DNA of 60,618 bases, filler included, from Hausera hauseri (lineage: Eukaryota): assembly GCA_046269625.1 (NCBI GenBank). It is 11 parts of 11 records of this genome, joined end to end, with 100 filler letters (N's around TTAATTAATTAA, not from the genome) between each part and the next. Parts side by side here need not be neighbours in the genome. Positions count along the whole stretch, not along the records: positions 20,354 to 24,301 come from JBJURY010865741.1; positions 24,402 to 30,426 come from JBJURY010151422.1; positions 30,527 to 35,020 come from JBJURY010554894.1; positions 35,121 to 39,919 come from JBJURY010432361.1; 7 more parts are not named here. One strand, written 5' to 3'. The position numbers and the translations under genes were made by a program. The notes below the pieces were generated by a model that searched no databases, was not told the DNA's origin, and saw nothing but the letters and a program-made list of their open reading frames with translations. This document shows positions 23,780-36,358 of this stretch, in pieces (positions within the stretch are counted from its first letter, which is position 1; every line of letters starts with the position of its first letter).

Positions 23780-24301
23780 GTTGTACGGATACAGCCTCAT
23801 ATTTATCTGCAGCCTTTCGAATGAAAAGAGTCTGGGGACGAATATCAACCACTTCATATGGTCCTTGACCAGTTCGCGTTAACTTCAGTGATTTGCCTTT
23901 TTTGCAACGGGATAATGAACCATTACACAATCGCCAATTTTGTAGGCATGTGGACGTGCTTTCTTGTTAAAATGTTTCTTATAACCAGCTTTATACTTCT
24001 CTTCAAATTCTTTAGCTTCATGTTGAAAATGTTCTAGTCTTTTAAGTAGGTCTTGAAACTGTTTGTCCATGTGATCACTAATTTTCAAAGATGACGGTAA
24101 TAATTCAGTGTCTAATGGTAACAGTGGCAAGCGTCCAAACATTAGTTCAAAAGGTGAATGGTTAGTACCTTTCGTAGGTGTAGTATTAACAGCAAAAGCG
24201 GTAGTCTTGAGATGAAGATGCCAATCCTTTTGATCGTGTGCAACCTTTGTTGAAAGAATGCCCTGTATTGTTCTATTCATTCGCTCAACCATACCGTTAC
24301 A
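23780..24301 (-). CDS. Gypsy integrase C-terminal half with GPY/F module (frameshift near 23900)
   Basis: rve core end NG.VER.NRT, SPFEL.FGR and KL...QGPYEVV. Confidence 0.9.
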
Positions 24302-27300
24302 NNNNNNNNNNNNNNNNNNNNNNNNNNNNNNNNNNNNNNNNNNNNTTAATTAATTAANNNNNNNNNNNNNNNNNNNNNNNNNNNNNNNNNNNNNNNNNNN
24401 NCAGATTGTCTTCCAATATTCCTACTAATTCATTTAAAATGGAATCCAGAAAATCATGCAATGTATTTTACCCTGTTGCAGGTTGTACAAATTTTCGCAT
24501 TCGACTTTCAAAAGCAATGCCATGTGGATATCTCTGTCTCCCTTGCTTAAGTCGCTGAGGTTGAAATGAAACTAGAGAGCTTTCAACCTCCTCCTGTTTG
24601 CACTTCTGCACTGATTGATTTTCAATTGTCATTATTCCGTCTGAATAGTTTCCTAGTCATGTCCAATACCTTATTTTAATTTTGAAAAATGACATTTTCT
24701 TCTTTTGACAGGAATTGGACAGGTAGTGTCCATGCTGTTTGAAAAATTCTGAATAAGAAAGCCCGAGACAATTTCACAGAATGGACATATAATAATGGGA
24801 ATCATGAAATGAAACTCCGTATATTTTTCCATTGTTCTGTGGCAATTTTCTTCATTGTGCAATGCAGAAGTGCAATATTTGTAAAGTTGACATTTCTATA
24901 AAAACTACTGAAAAAATGAAAATTGCTTAAAACAAAATTTAAATTTGACATTGTGTTTTTTGAAGAGAATTCAAACTGTTTAAGGTCACATTTATAGTAA
25001 TGTTCTGTGTGCATGGGTGTATGTATCAGAAATGTATGTGTATATAAAAATTATGTGATTTATTTTTTTCATGTATGCGCACACTTAAAAATCGTGTGTT
25101 GTGACTAATTTCCCTGTCGAAAAAATTCTGTTGGTAAATAGCATATAAGGCATGCATGTGTGTGTATTAAAAAATCATGTGTATTAAAAATAATGTGCGT
25201 AATTTTATTTTTGTGTGCGCGCACCTAAAAATCATGTTTTCACTAATTTCCCCTCCTTCGAAAAGAAGTGGTTCGTAAATAAGAAGTCCGTGTTTTCATT
25301 ATTTTATTTTTATGCTCAAAATGCACACGGTGTTAATTGAAGAATTGATTGTCACAGCAGTCGAAAGTGTCAGGCAACAATCAGACCTTGATGTGGACAA
25401 ATCAGCGAGCAGCACCGAGAATAATTTAGACAAATCAAAGGACAGTTAACCATCACCTTCTGTTAATTACTGTCTAATGGTGCCTTCTCAACTTCACTCG
25501 CCTAGGCTTCTTCGAATAGGTTCTTTTATTCCAATGTCACTCATTCCAATGTCACCTAACATCATGCGAATTCTATGATGGCGTTCAAGAAGTTGACGTT
25601 TATTGGATAATCCTAAATGGTAAGGTTTCACCTGCATCAAAAGAGATACGTTTATAATTTACCTAATTCAAACACATCCCTTTGTTTACATTTCAATTTA
25701 AATCTATCCGTACTATAAATTATCATCCCCATACCAACGCTCGAAAGGAAACAATGGGTGAAAAAGGGAACACAAACAAATTACTTCTAATTCGATTACT
25801 CAGTATTTTATAACTCTGTCGAAATGTTTTTACAACTAGTAATTAAACTATAAGAAAGATGATACCCACATTGGAGACTAAATTCATCTTGGTAATTTAA
25901 AAATTCAACAACATATATATACAACCATTATGTATACTAGTGAGTATCTTACAGCGGGGATTAGACCTACCCCTTCAAAGGTCTCAGTTTGATACCATTC
26001 ATACATCAAAATATTCACCATTTGGAATTTTCTACTTAGTTACGATTGCTGAAGAGATCGCTGAAATATCCTAGCACTATCGATGGATATTACATCATTC
26101 GGGTATTCCACAGTCACCTATCACTCTTATCCGAAGTAGTATCGATACCAGACAGTAAAAATGTCAATTTGACTACCTCAGGCTCCAATGCATACTTTGT
26201 CCAATCAAATTCCATAATCACACGCACCATTCATTACATCGACGAATTGCTTGACCTGAAAGGCGATTACTGCAAACACCCATCATCTCACTAGATTCTC
26301 TCCCGTTTAGACTACTCGCATTATAACTGTTCGTCTCCACCTCATCGTAGTCAGTCAAATTACAGTCAGGAGTGGCACTTGAATATTGTTAGAGCCATGC
26401 TGACATCTCTCACTAATTTGTCAAATCCAGTAAATTTCACATAAGATATGCATGGAATTCTATGATCTAGTTAACGTTCAGCCAAACATGCCTTTTACAT
26501 CTCGTATTGTTGCGTTTCCTCCGCTTGATCCCGCACTCAAATTTCGAATAACTGATTATAGAGAAAGTTCTTATCCCATTTACTTGACAGGTGCCTGCTC
26601 GATTGACGATGAATGGCATCACCGGATAGTCGGCTGCGGCCTTTGCATGCCACTCTCCAAAAATATTAATTGGCAATTCAATTAAGTAATCACTAATCTA
26701 TTTACTTTACAAGATCATTACACCAATTCCGAACAGGATCTCGTTATTATTCGTTTATCAATTTAAGATAATAACATTTATTAGAAGACAATATTTACAA
26801 CTTTCTTAAGCGGCGACAATTAGCTTACTTAATTTAACAATTAATTATAACTACAGGTACAGATGAAATAGCAAGAACCTACCAACAACTTCTTGCATCT
26901 GATGATTAGTTGCACCTTGTTGGGCCATCTCCGTGAAAATTTAATAACAAGAAATGGAGTTGATTTAGTAGTGGAGCGTGTATAGGCTGATAGTTCAGTT
27001 CACCTGTTCGAATTCCGATGATATATGCACTCTATTTGCTAATGTTGGTTAATAAACAAAATATTTCGAACGATGGCAACTTACCTATCTATTACTAAGG
27101 TATCCTGCCAAATCTAGCTGAGGAGTAAAGACGTGTTATAAGAGTAGTAATGTCGTAATAGTTGAAAAATTCTGTGTTCTTGTTTGTCTCGAAGTAGTTT
27201 GTATACTAACTTGGTGTTTATTTCTAAAATCTGATTGTCAAATTTCTTATATCAGATAATTCGGTTTTTGCTGTTGTAATCTGAATTTTCTAAATCAATT

Positions 27301-28137
27301 CTGACAATTTGAAGTAAATATGGCATCAATTCTGAATTTCAGGTAAATATAGCATTGCAGGATGCTTTAAAATGACTGGTTTTGGAAATTGGATTTGACA
27401 TTCCGATAATTTTGTCATTTCGTATATGCATTATGTCAATTTCTTTTTGATAATTTAGTAATTACTAGGGGTCACATTTCTATAAGGAAATCTGTTTAAT
27501 TTTATAAGGACATCTAATTAACCATATCAATGACTCTGTAGGCTATAAAGTTTTATTATTTCGATAATTCCCGGTTTTTTCGTATCGCGTACGAGATATG
27601 ATGGTAAATCCTGATCGGTTGATTCTTTACTCCGCTTACTTTAATTGTACATAATAATTATTTTGTTATAGTAATTAGTTACTTTCTCGCCGCTCTGGAT
27701 AACAATCATATACATGAACAAGCGTGGTAGAGGTACCCATCAGGGGTTTAAAAATTAGTAAGATAAGACAATTATATACAAATGGTTTATTATTACAGCA
27801 ATATTCACATTGTCATAGTCTTGTAATATTGGATTGATCACAAAATTGTATCATAATCTTTAATCGTCAATGTTCGGATCAAATGTTTAGATGTTAGTGT
27901 ATTGAAATTTCGGAGGGTCTCATCCTATGGTTGGGTTGATTTGGTTCTGATTTGTACTTAAAATTTTGGGTAGGATTTTAACGAATGTTAACGAGGTTTT
28001 ACCGAATGTTAACAAACACTAACACTTGTTCTTTTATTTGGAATAAAATATTCACGCCTGCTGATAATGTCACTATAAGTTTCTCAATATCGAAAAATGT
28101 ATTTGATAATTTATTGCTCGAATTCTTCCTCGGTTAA

Positions 28138-29628
28138 CACTAGAACTGCGGATGCAGTCAAAGTGACGCTTTTCTATATTTGTTAAAAATTATTTTATTG
28201 CTGGAGGGTGATCGAGTGGTGAGACTTACCGACTTTTAGTGGAATTACGAGAAATAAATGCCTATGAAAAGGGTCAACATAAACACACTGTAACAGCGAT
28301 ACAGATGGTTCATACTAAAACCGCGAAAAGCAGTCAAAATGACTGCATACATATACAACTTCAAAATATGAACATATTTCCAGCAAAATTAGTTATTATT
28401 TGCAGTTGTGCAACAGATAAATAAAATTATGCGGATCTATCTGTAACAATTCATACAAGTAATTGACGCGTTTCTCTTTCCAATACATGACCCACAGCAA
28501 AATATTATACATCCGCTGCAGACTGCTGACGTTGTTTTGTGTTCAAATATTTGACATCCTCTCCTCTTTACGGGTAGTTGTGAAACATCTGGAAGTTGTT
28601 CTCCCTGTGCGTTTTGACCTACTGACGAAGAGGATGCATAATTATTACAAAATTCTTCGCCTAGTTGTAGCAGGAAGTCACTCTCTGATTTGTAGCCTGA
28701 CCGCAAAAAATCCATGAGTTCGAAATAGCGAAATCCATCAAATTGTAGAAGACCTCAAGTGGCCACCTTCTACTTCCAGCTTTTGTTGTATATAATCTAG
28801 TCACTTGGTCACAGACATCCACTCCGGTATTGGTTCTGTTACAATAAGCGATAGTTTCCTGCAACTGTTTCGGGGAATTCTGAATACTGCGTGTTCTATA
28901 GAAAGTATACATTCCGATTTTTTTGGTTTGGACTTGTAAACTGTGGAAAGAGCACCACGATCTTTTTCAGTATATATTTCAGTATCATGTCTGTGAAGTC
29001 GTTTCTCAATTAGATCCATAGAAAAAGGAAGCTCGAGTCTATTTCTCCTTATGGGCCCAACAAAAGTGGTTTTGGCTTGCAATAATTCTTTAGTGCCAGA
29101 GAAGTGAAGAAATTATCCGCCTTAATATTATAACCCTTACCTTTATATTCCTTTATTAGCTCTATGCAGACGTGATGTCCAAGTTAAGCGGATGGCCCCT
29201 CTCTTCTTTACCAACATAAGGAATTGCACTCACCATGTATTTGGAAGAAACTTCGCACAACAACCAGAATTTCATACCATACTTGTCCGGTTTGTTGTAC
29301 ATATATTGAATAAACGGACATCGTATTTTACGTGGTAGTAATTGTTCATCTATCGTCAATTCACATTCAGGGATATAAGCGGATTGGCAATTCGAGATAA
29401 ACCTGTTCGATGGCCATGATATTAGGGCAAATTTATCGTGAACAATTCTTTCTTTCGAGTACACTTATCATCCAACCTCAAAAACTTCATTATCTTCCGA
29501 AATTTATTACGAGGCATTGTGCTGCTGAAGATAGGTAAACTCCACTTTTTATTCCACATTGATTCTAACTCTAATTTGGACGCACATGTGGAATTGGAAG
29601 GAATATTCAATAAATAAATACAATTCAA
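28138..29628 (-). mobile_element. Degenerate piggyBac transposon (3' end with TTAA and terminal repeat; 5' end lost)
   Basis: TTAA at 28134-28137 then CACTAGAACTGCGG, with a subterminal copy near 28313. Transposase motifs MPRNKF..I.KFLR.DD, TIDEQL...RCPFIQY...KPDKYG.KFW, DNFFTS, GVD..DQ...Y......RRWP..VFY...D and a C-terminal Cys-rich domain. Confidence 0.92.
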
Positions 29629-29733
29629 TAAACAGCCAACAGAAAGTTAGGAAATTCAGAAAAGAAGGAAAATAAGACTTATTTCCCGAGTGAAGGGGAT
29701 AATTGTTGTATAGACTTTTATAATAAATCTCTT

Positions 29734-29955
29734 ATGGATAATTCTATTTTACAATCTTCAAGTGACGTGGAGGTCGGGATGGTAGAGACGCGATCTACTA
29801 ACGTGGCGACCAACGCTTCAAGAAACTTCTTCGAGAAGAAATTGATGCCCAAAGAATTCCAGAAAGGTGACAACGTGGAAGCCTTTATTGGAAAATGCGA
29901 GAGATACTTCGACTTCATAAAGATGTCCGTAACAGTTACCATTAATTATTCCTAA
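29734..29955 (+). mobile_element. LTR-retrotransposon gag N-terminal fragment
   Basis: KLMPKEFQKGDNVEAFIGKCERYF resembles the P..F..G....F....E.YF start of Gypsy capsids; truncated. Confidence 0.5.
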
Positions 29956-30749
29956 TCAATAAAATTAGAATTTAATTTATTGTAAAAGGTACGGATCTTG
30001 TAGTTAAATCCTCAAATTTGGTGAATCGTGATTATTGATACGTTTAAATTTTATACTTAGAAATAATTTTATCTCACTGTATTTATCTCATTGTAGTTGA
30101 AATCGCAAAACTACTATTTTCAAAGACGAATAAATTATATGTTCATTAGTGGTGTGTCTATTTAACTTTTTCGTGAATTTTATTTCGAATATGACGTTAT
30201 ATTATAAGAATACATTGAAAATTATAATTCAAATGAATTTTTTAATTATTCATTATAGACAGTTACGTTTATATTTGAATGATTATTTCACTTTCCGTGA
30301 ATTGTATTTATACTATGGATCGACATAATGAATGGAAATACATTTAAATTTTCATAATATAAAAATTTAATGTTGGTAGTGATCATTTTAGTATTATCCG
30401 TGCAACCCAACTTATTTTGTAGTTAANNNNNNNNNNNNNNNNNNNNNNNNNNNNNNNNNNNNNNNNNNNNTTAATTAATTAANNNNNNNNNNNNNNNNNN
30501 NNNNNNNNNNNNNNNNNNNNNNNNNNATAAATGCCGGTCGGTTTACCTATAGCACCCCTGCCCCTTGCCGACCACACAACCCGCCCGGTACCCCGAGCCC
30601 CCAACGCCCTGTGACCCACGAGTCCCCATCGCCCGCCCGCCTTGCACCAGCCTACTCCGGGTTTTTTCTTCTTTGGCCTGCCAGAGATTACTTTTATATA
30701 GTCCTCTGGCAGGCAAATGATAATCATTCCGTGCGCCTATTACTAATTG

Positions 30750-33700
30750 CGTCATTATTCCTGATTACTGTCCTCGGTTATGTGATGACTGGTCTCGTGA
30801 TATATGAATAAATCATAATTTCTCGGAGGACAGATCTTATGTATGTGTGTAATGCACTACATCCTGGGATGACAAGTCTCAAAATTCAGAAAAACATACG
30901 AGATCCTCAGATGAGTGATATCACGACTCCCGAGTTATGACTCCATTCTGGAATTAACATATTTCATGACTCCTGAGTATTGCTTGATTTCCTCGGATGA
31001 CAAACCTCATGAAATCTTAATAAAGCTTGATATTCTGTTATGAGAGATCTTACGGTGCCCGATTCACGAACGACATGATAGGAATAATTCACAACATCCT
31101 GGAATAACAATTATCATTTTTCTTGATTAATATTTGTCTTTCTGCGACGACAGATTAACCAGTAATAATCGGTAAATGTTATTAAACAGTAATAATGATA
31201 AATGATATTCCAGATTATCAGTAATGCCATATATCGTTATTCCTGATTAATGCTCAAATTTCTGGGATGACAGATTCCGTTATACAGGAATAAGTCATAA
31301 GGATCTGTGATGATTTCTGAGCAAATTCCAGATTCTCAGGAATGATGATGTCGTAATATCTGAAAAATGCATTACGTTCTGGAAACAGACATGATAACGT
31401 TCAGGAATAACATTTATCATGATTCCTGATTAAATCAGTGAGAATGACCGATCTGTTATATTTCAATATTGAAACCTTATACTTATGCATAAAAATATGC
31501 AAAAACATATGTCATTACTCCTGATTACTGTCCTTGGTTATGTGATGACAGGTCTCGTTTTATCTGAATAAATCATAATTTCTGGGATCACAGAATTTAT
31601 GGTACGTTTGTAATGCACTACATCAAGTCTCACGATTCAGGAAAATATACGAGATCTTCAGATGAGTGATATCACGATTCCCGAGTTATGACTCCATTCT
31701 GGAATTAACATATGTCATGAATCCCGAGTAATGCTCGACATTCTTGGATGAGACATCACTTTGTTTCAGAATACATATCCATGTGGAAAAATATATATAA
31801 TGATTACTGTTAAGTTCTCTAGGTTCTGGCATGACAGATTTCATGATAACTTAATAAAGCATGACATTCTGGGATGACAGATTTCGCGGTGTCCGATTAT
31901 TCCTGATTAATGCTCAACTTTCTGGGATGACAGATCTCGTTATATCGTAAAGTTCTGGGATGATTTCCAAGTAATGCCAGATTCTCTGGAATGATGATGT
32001 CGTAATATCTGCAAAATGCATGACGTTTTGGAAGCTGAAATGCCATAAATCAGGAATAAAATGTCTCATCACTCCTGATTAAATCAGTGAGAATGACCGA
32101 TCTGATGATATTTCAATATTGAAATTTTATACGTATGCATAAAATTATGCAATAACATGTGTCGTAATTCATGATTACTGTCCTCGGTTATGTGATGACT
32201 GGTCTCATTATATCTGAATAAATCATAATTTATGGGAGGACAAATCTTATGATACGTGTGTAATGCACTACATCCTGGAACGACAGTTCTCGAGATTCAG
32301 GAAAATGTATGAGATTCTGAGATAAGTGATATCACGATTCCTGAATTATGAACTCCATTCTGGAATTAACATGTCTCACGATTCCTGAGTAATGCTCGAC
32401 ATTCTGGGATGAGATATCACTTTGTACCATCACTTTGTTTCAGAATACATTTCCATGTGGAAAAATATATATAATGATTACTGTTAAGTTCTCTAAGTTC
32501 TGGCATGACAGATTTTATGATAACTTAATAAAACATGACATTTTGGGAAAAGAGATTTTACGGTGACCGATTTAACGCACGACTTGGTCGGAATAATTCA
32601 CACAATTTTGTTATATATGAAAATTCACAACATCCTGGAATAACAATTATCATTTTTCTTGATTAATATTTATCTTTCTGCGACGAAAGATTAACCAGTA
32701 ATAATGGTAAACGATATTCCAGAATATCAGTGATATCATACATCGTTATTCCTGATTAATGCTCAAATTTCTGGGATGACAGATCCCGTTATATAGGAAT
32801 AAGTCATACCGTTCTGGGATGATTTCTGAGTAATGCCAGATTCTCTGGAATGATGATATCGTAATATCTGCAAAATGCATGACGTTTTGGAAGTAGAAAT
32901 GCCAAAATTCAGGAATAAAATGTCTCATGATTCCTTATTAAATCAGTGAGAATGACCGATCTGATAATATTTCAATATTGAAACCTTGTACATATGCATA
33001 ATATTATGCAATAACATATGTCGTAATTCGTGATTACTGTCCTCTGTTATGTGATGACTGGGTCTCATTATATCTGAATAAATCATAATTTCTGGCTGGA
33101 CAGATCTTATGTATGTGTGTAATGCACTACATCCTGGGATGACAAGTCTCAAAATTCAGTAAAACATACAAGATCCTCAGATGAGTGATATCGCGATTCC
33201 CGAGTTATGACTCCATTCTGGAATTAACATATCACATGACTCCTGAGTAATGCTTGATTTTCTCGTATGACAAACCTCATGATATCTTACTACAGCTTGA
33301 CATTCTGTTATGAGAGATCTTACGGTGCCCGATTCACGAACGACATGATAAGAATAAATCACAACATCCTAGAAAAACAATTATCATTTTTCTTGATTAA
33401 GATTTGTCTTTCTGCGACGACAGATAAAACCAGTAATAATGATAAATGATATTCCAGAATATCAGTAATACCATATATCGTTATTCCTGATTAATGCTCA
33501 AATTTCTGGGATGACAGATCTCGTTATATAGGAATAAGTCATAACGTTCTTGTATGATTTTTCAATAATGCCATATTCTCTGGAATGATGATGTCGTAAT
33601 ATCTTAAAAATTCATTACGATCTGGAAACAGAAATGCTAAAATTCAGGAATAACATGTTTCATGACTCCTGATTAAATCAGTGAGAATGACCGATATGAT

Positions 33701-34630
33701 AATATTTCAATATTGAAATTTTATACGTATGCATAAAATTATGCAATAACATGTGTCATTATTCCTGATTACTGTCCTTGGTTATGTGATGACAGGTCTC
33801 TTGTTATCTGAATAAATCATAATTCATGGGAGGGCAGAACTAATGGTATGTTTGTAATGAACTACATCAAATCTCAAGATTCAGGAAAATATACGAGATC
33901 ATCAGATGAGTGATATCACGATTCCCGAATTATGACTCCATTCTGGAATTAACATATCTCATGAATCATGAGTAATGCTCGACATTCTTGGATGAGACAT
34001 CACTTTGTATCAGAATACATTTCCATGTGGAAAAATATATATAATGATTACTGTTAAGTTCTCTAGGTTCTGGCATGACAGATTTCATGATAACCTAATA
34101 AAGCATGACATTCTGAGATAAGAGATTTTGCGGTGCGTTAGCACGACTTGATCGGAATAATTCACAACATTTTGTTAAATATTAAAATTCACAACATCCT
34201 GGAATAGCAATTGTCATTTTTCTTGATTAATATGTGTCTTTCTGCGACGACAGATAAAACTCTATCATTTACCAGTAATAATGGTAAATGATATTCCAGA
34301 ATATCTGTAATTTCATATATCGTTATTCCTGATTAATGCTCAAATTTCTGGGATGACAGATCCCGTTATATAGTAATAAGTCATTACCGTTCTTCGATGA
34401 TTTCGGAGTAATGACCGATCTGATAATATTTCAATATTGAAACCTTATACTCATGCATACAATAAATAAATCATAATTTCTGGCAGGACAGATCTTATGT
34501 ATGTGTGTAATGCACTACATCCTGGGATGACAAGTCTCAAAATTCAGAAAAACATACGATTTCCTCAGATGAGTGATATCACGATTCCCGAGTTATGACT
34601 CCATTCTAGAATTAACATATCTCATGACTT
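30750..34630. repeat. Complex satellite: about 21/42-bp subrepeats, 650-860-bp monomers and an about 2.25-kb higher-order unit
   Basis: The marker ATGAGTGATATCACGA(C/T)TCCCGAGTTATGACTCCATTCTGGAATTAACAT recurs at about 30911, 31662, 32322, 33181, 33908 and 34569. The core CTGGGATGACAGATCTC recurs every 41-44 bp. Confidence 0.9.
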
Positions 34631-34814
34631 ATCGCCCACACAAAAGCGTGCTGTTACAAATAAAAAAAAAAACGCTTCTTCGGCTTCATCTGTAAACTTA
34701 GGAAAACAAGTGAGAAGGTTAGTGAAAAGTTATTAGTGCTAAGAATTTATGCTTAATGTTTATATATTCATCAAGGTTAGTGATCTGAACATGTTAAGAT
34801 TAACAATATGTCAA

Positions 34815-35020
34815 GTCGGTGACATGAAAGTTGATGAGATGAATGTTGTCGAGATGATAGTTAAACCTTGTTGCCGCGAAAAATCTTAACATGAAAACTT
34901 GAGATGTGGAATGTCCGCGATATGAAAAACGTTCCAATATGTCAAGTCGGTAACATGAAAGTTACCAACATGAAAGTTGTTGGCATGACCATTGTAGAAA
35001 TGAAGGTTGTCGACATGGAA
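34815..35020 (+). repeat. Degenerate 15-bp tandem repeats (ACATGAAAGTTGTCG-like)
   Basis: Visible runs such as aacatgaaagttacc-aacatgaaagttgtt-ggcatgaccattgta-gaaatgaaggttgtc; this may be the subterminal array of a DNA transposon. Confidence 0.65.
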
Positions 35021-36358
35021 NNNNNNNNNNNNNNNNNNNNNNNNNNNNNNNNNNNNNNNNNNNNTTAATTAATTAANNNNNNNNNNNNNNNNNNNNNNNN
35101 NNNNNNNNNNNNNNNNNNNNCGTTTTGACATTGAAAATACAATATTTTACATTAAAGATCAAATTGACGGACAAAAGTTTACACAACTCCATTCACACTT
35201 TCTCGAGTTGCGAATGACGACGTATTCAACAACATCTAACAACTCACTGGCGACAGTACCTGACAATATCCGATGTCCATATCGTGATCATGGACCACAT
35301 TATGCTTACAAAAAATGTCTACGGCTTTGTATTGATTGTTTCATTCAAATAAATAAATAAATGTACGTATTTCCTTCTTTCTCCAAATAATGCTCATGTC
35401 ATGTTTAGCAGTATTGGTCAGTTGAATAATTCAAAAGACCATAAATACGGATAGGTTATAATAATAATCATGGACTATAATGGAAATTGTACGAATGACT
35501 TCAGTAATATGGAGGTAATTTGTATCATTGTGATATGAGACAATACTCACAAAGTAAATGTCTCATGTTTACAATGAAAACAAACCTTTGATATAAATGT
35601 TGATGAATTTCATTTCACGTTCATCTTATTTAAAAAATGTCTTTGGAAAACAATTCAGCAGGTGACAGTCTCTCAAAAAACCACGGTACAGCGAATATTC
35701 GCTCAGAAATTCCCGGTTGTATAATGGATATAACTTACATTATCTGCGCAACGGTATTCAATTGCCATTGACGCAAACGGTCAAAATCAAACCGGTGAAA
35801 TATGGTCTATTGGTAAAAAAGATCAGCGGCGATGATTTGGATACAATGGAACACAATTAGAAAAGTTGACAGTGATTTGGCGTTGAGTAACGATATCCGA
35901 GATACATCGTCAATTTTTCTCAAAGGAAATATGACGAATATTATCAGTTCACATAATGGAGTAACAGCAGCAGCACCAAAAGCAGTTTTGCCACCGGAAG
36001 GAGCTAAAGGCCATCTAACATTGAAGTTGAAAGGATACAAGGATCTGCACGGCGTTTACTATGATTTAACTTACTTTGTATGTTTTTGTGATTTTAGTTT
36101 TCCTCCGATCAATAAATAAATGTATTCGTGCTACATATTTTGTTTTCTCGTACAAGGTAATTGTTTTACTTTTACTTCAATCTTAATAATAATAGGTTAA
36201 GTAACGGAAAACAAATAACAAAAGACACTGAACAAAATACGTTATTGAAATATAAAAAACAATATACATAGGATAATTGTCAACGATTGTTACAGTAACT
36301 GAACTGAACTGAACTGATTTGTCTGAGCCGACAAAGCACCGATTGTTTGGACGTGCGT

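Larger units (their letters stand above)
20354..24301 (-). mobile_element. Gypsy-type retroelement, copy B: integrase followed by a long accessory polyprotein region
   Basis: Integrase NGMVERMNRTI...DW...L...FAVNTT....TNHSPFELMFGR.P.LPLD, then GDCVMV and a GPY module, followed by membrane-protein and exonuclease-like ORFs. Both ends are cut by the contig limits. Confidence 0.88.

Noticed and set aside
30750-34630. Regularly spaced short repeats as a CRISPR-like array
   Set aside because: The intervening sequences are themselves repeated, the repeats are degenerate, the context is eukaryotic and there are no cas genes.
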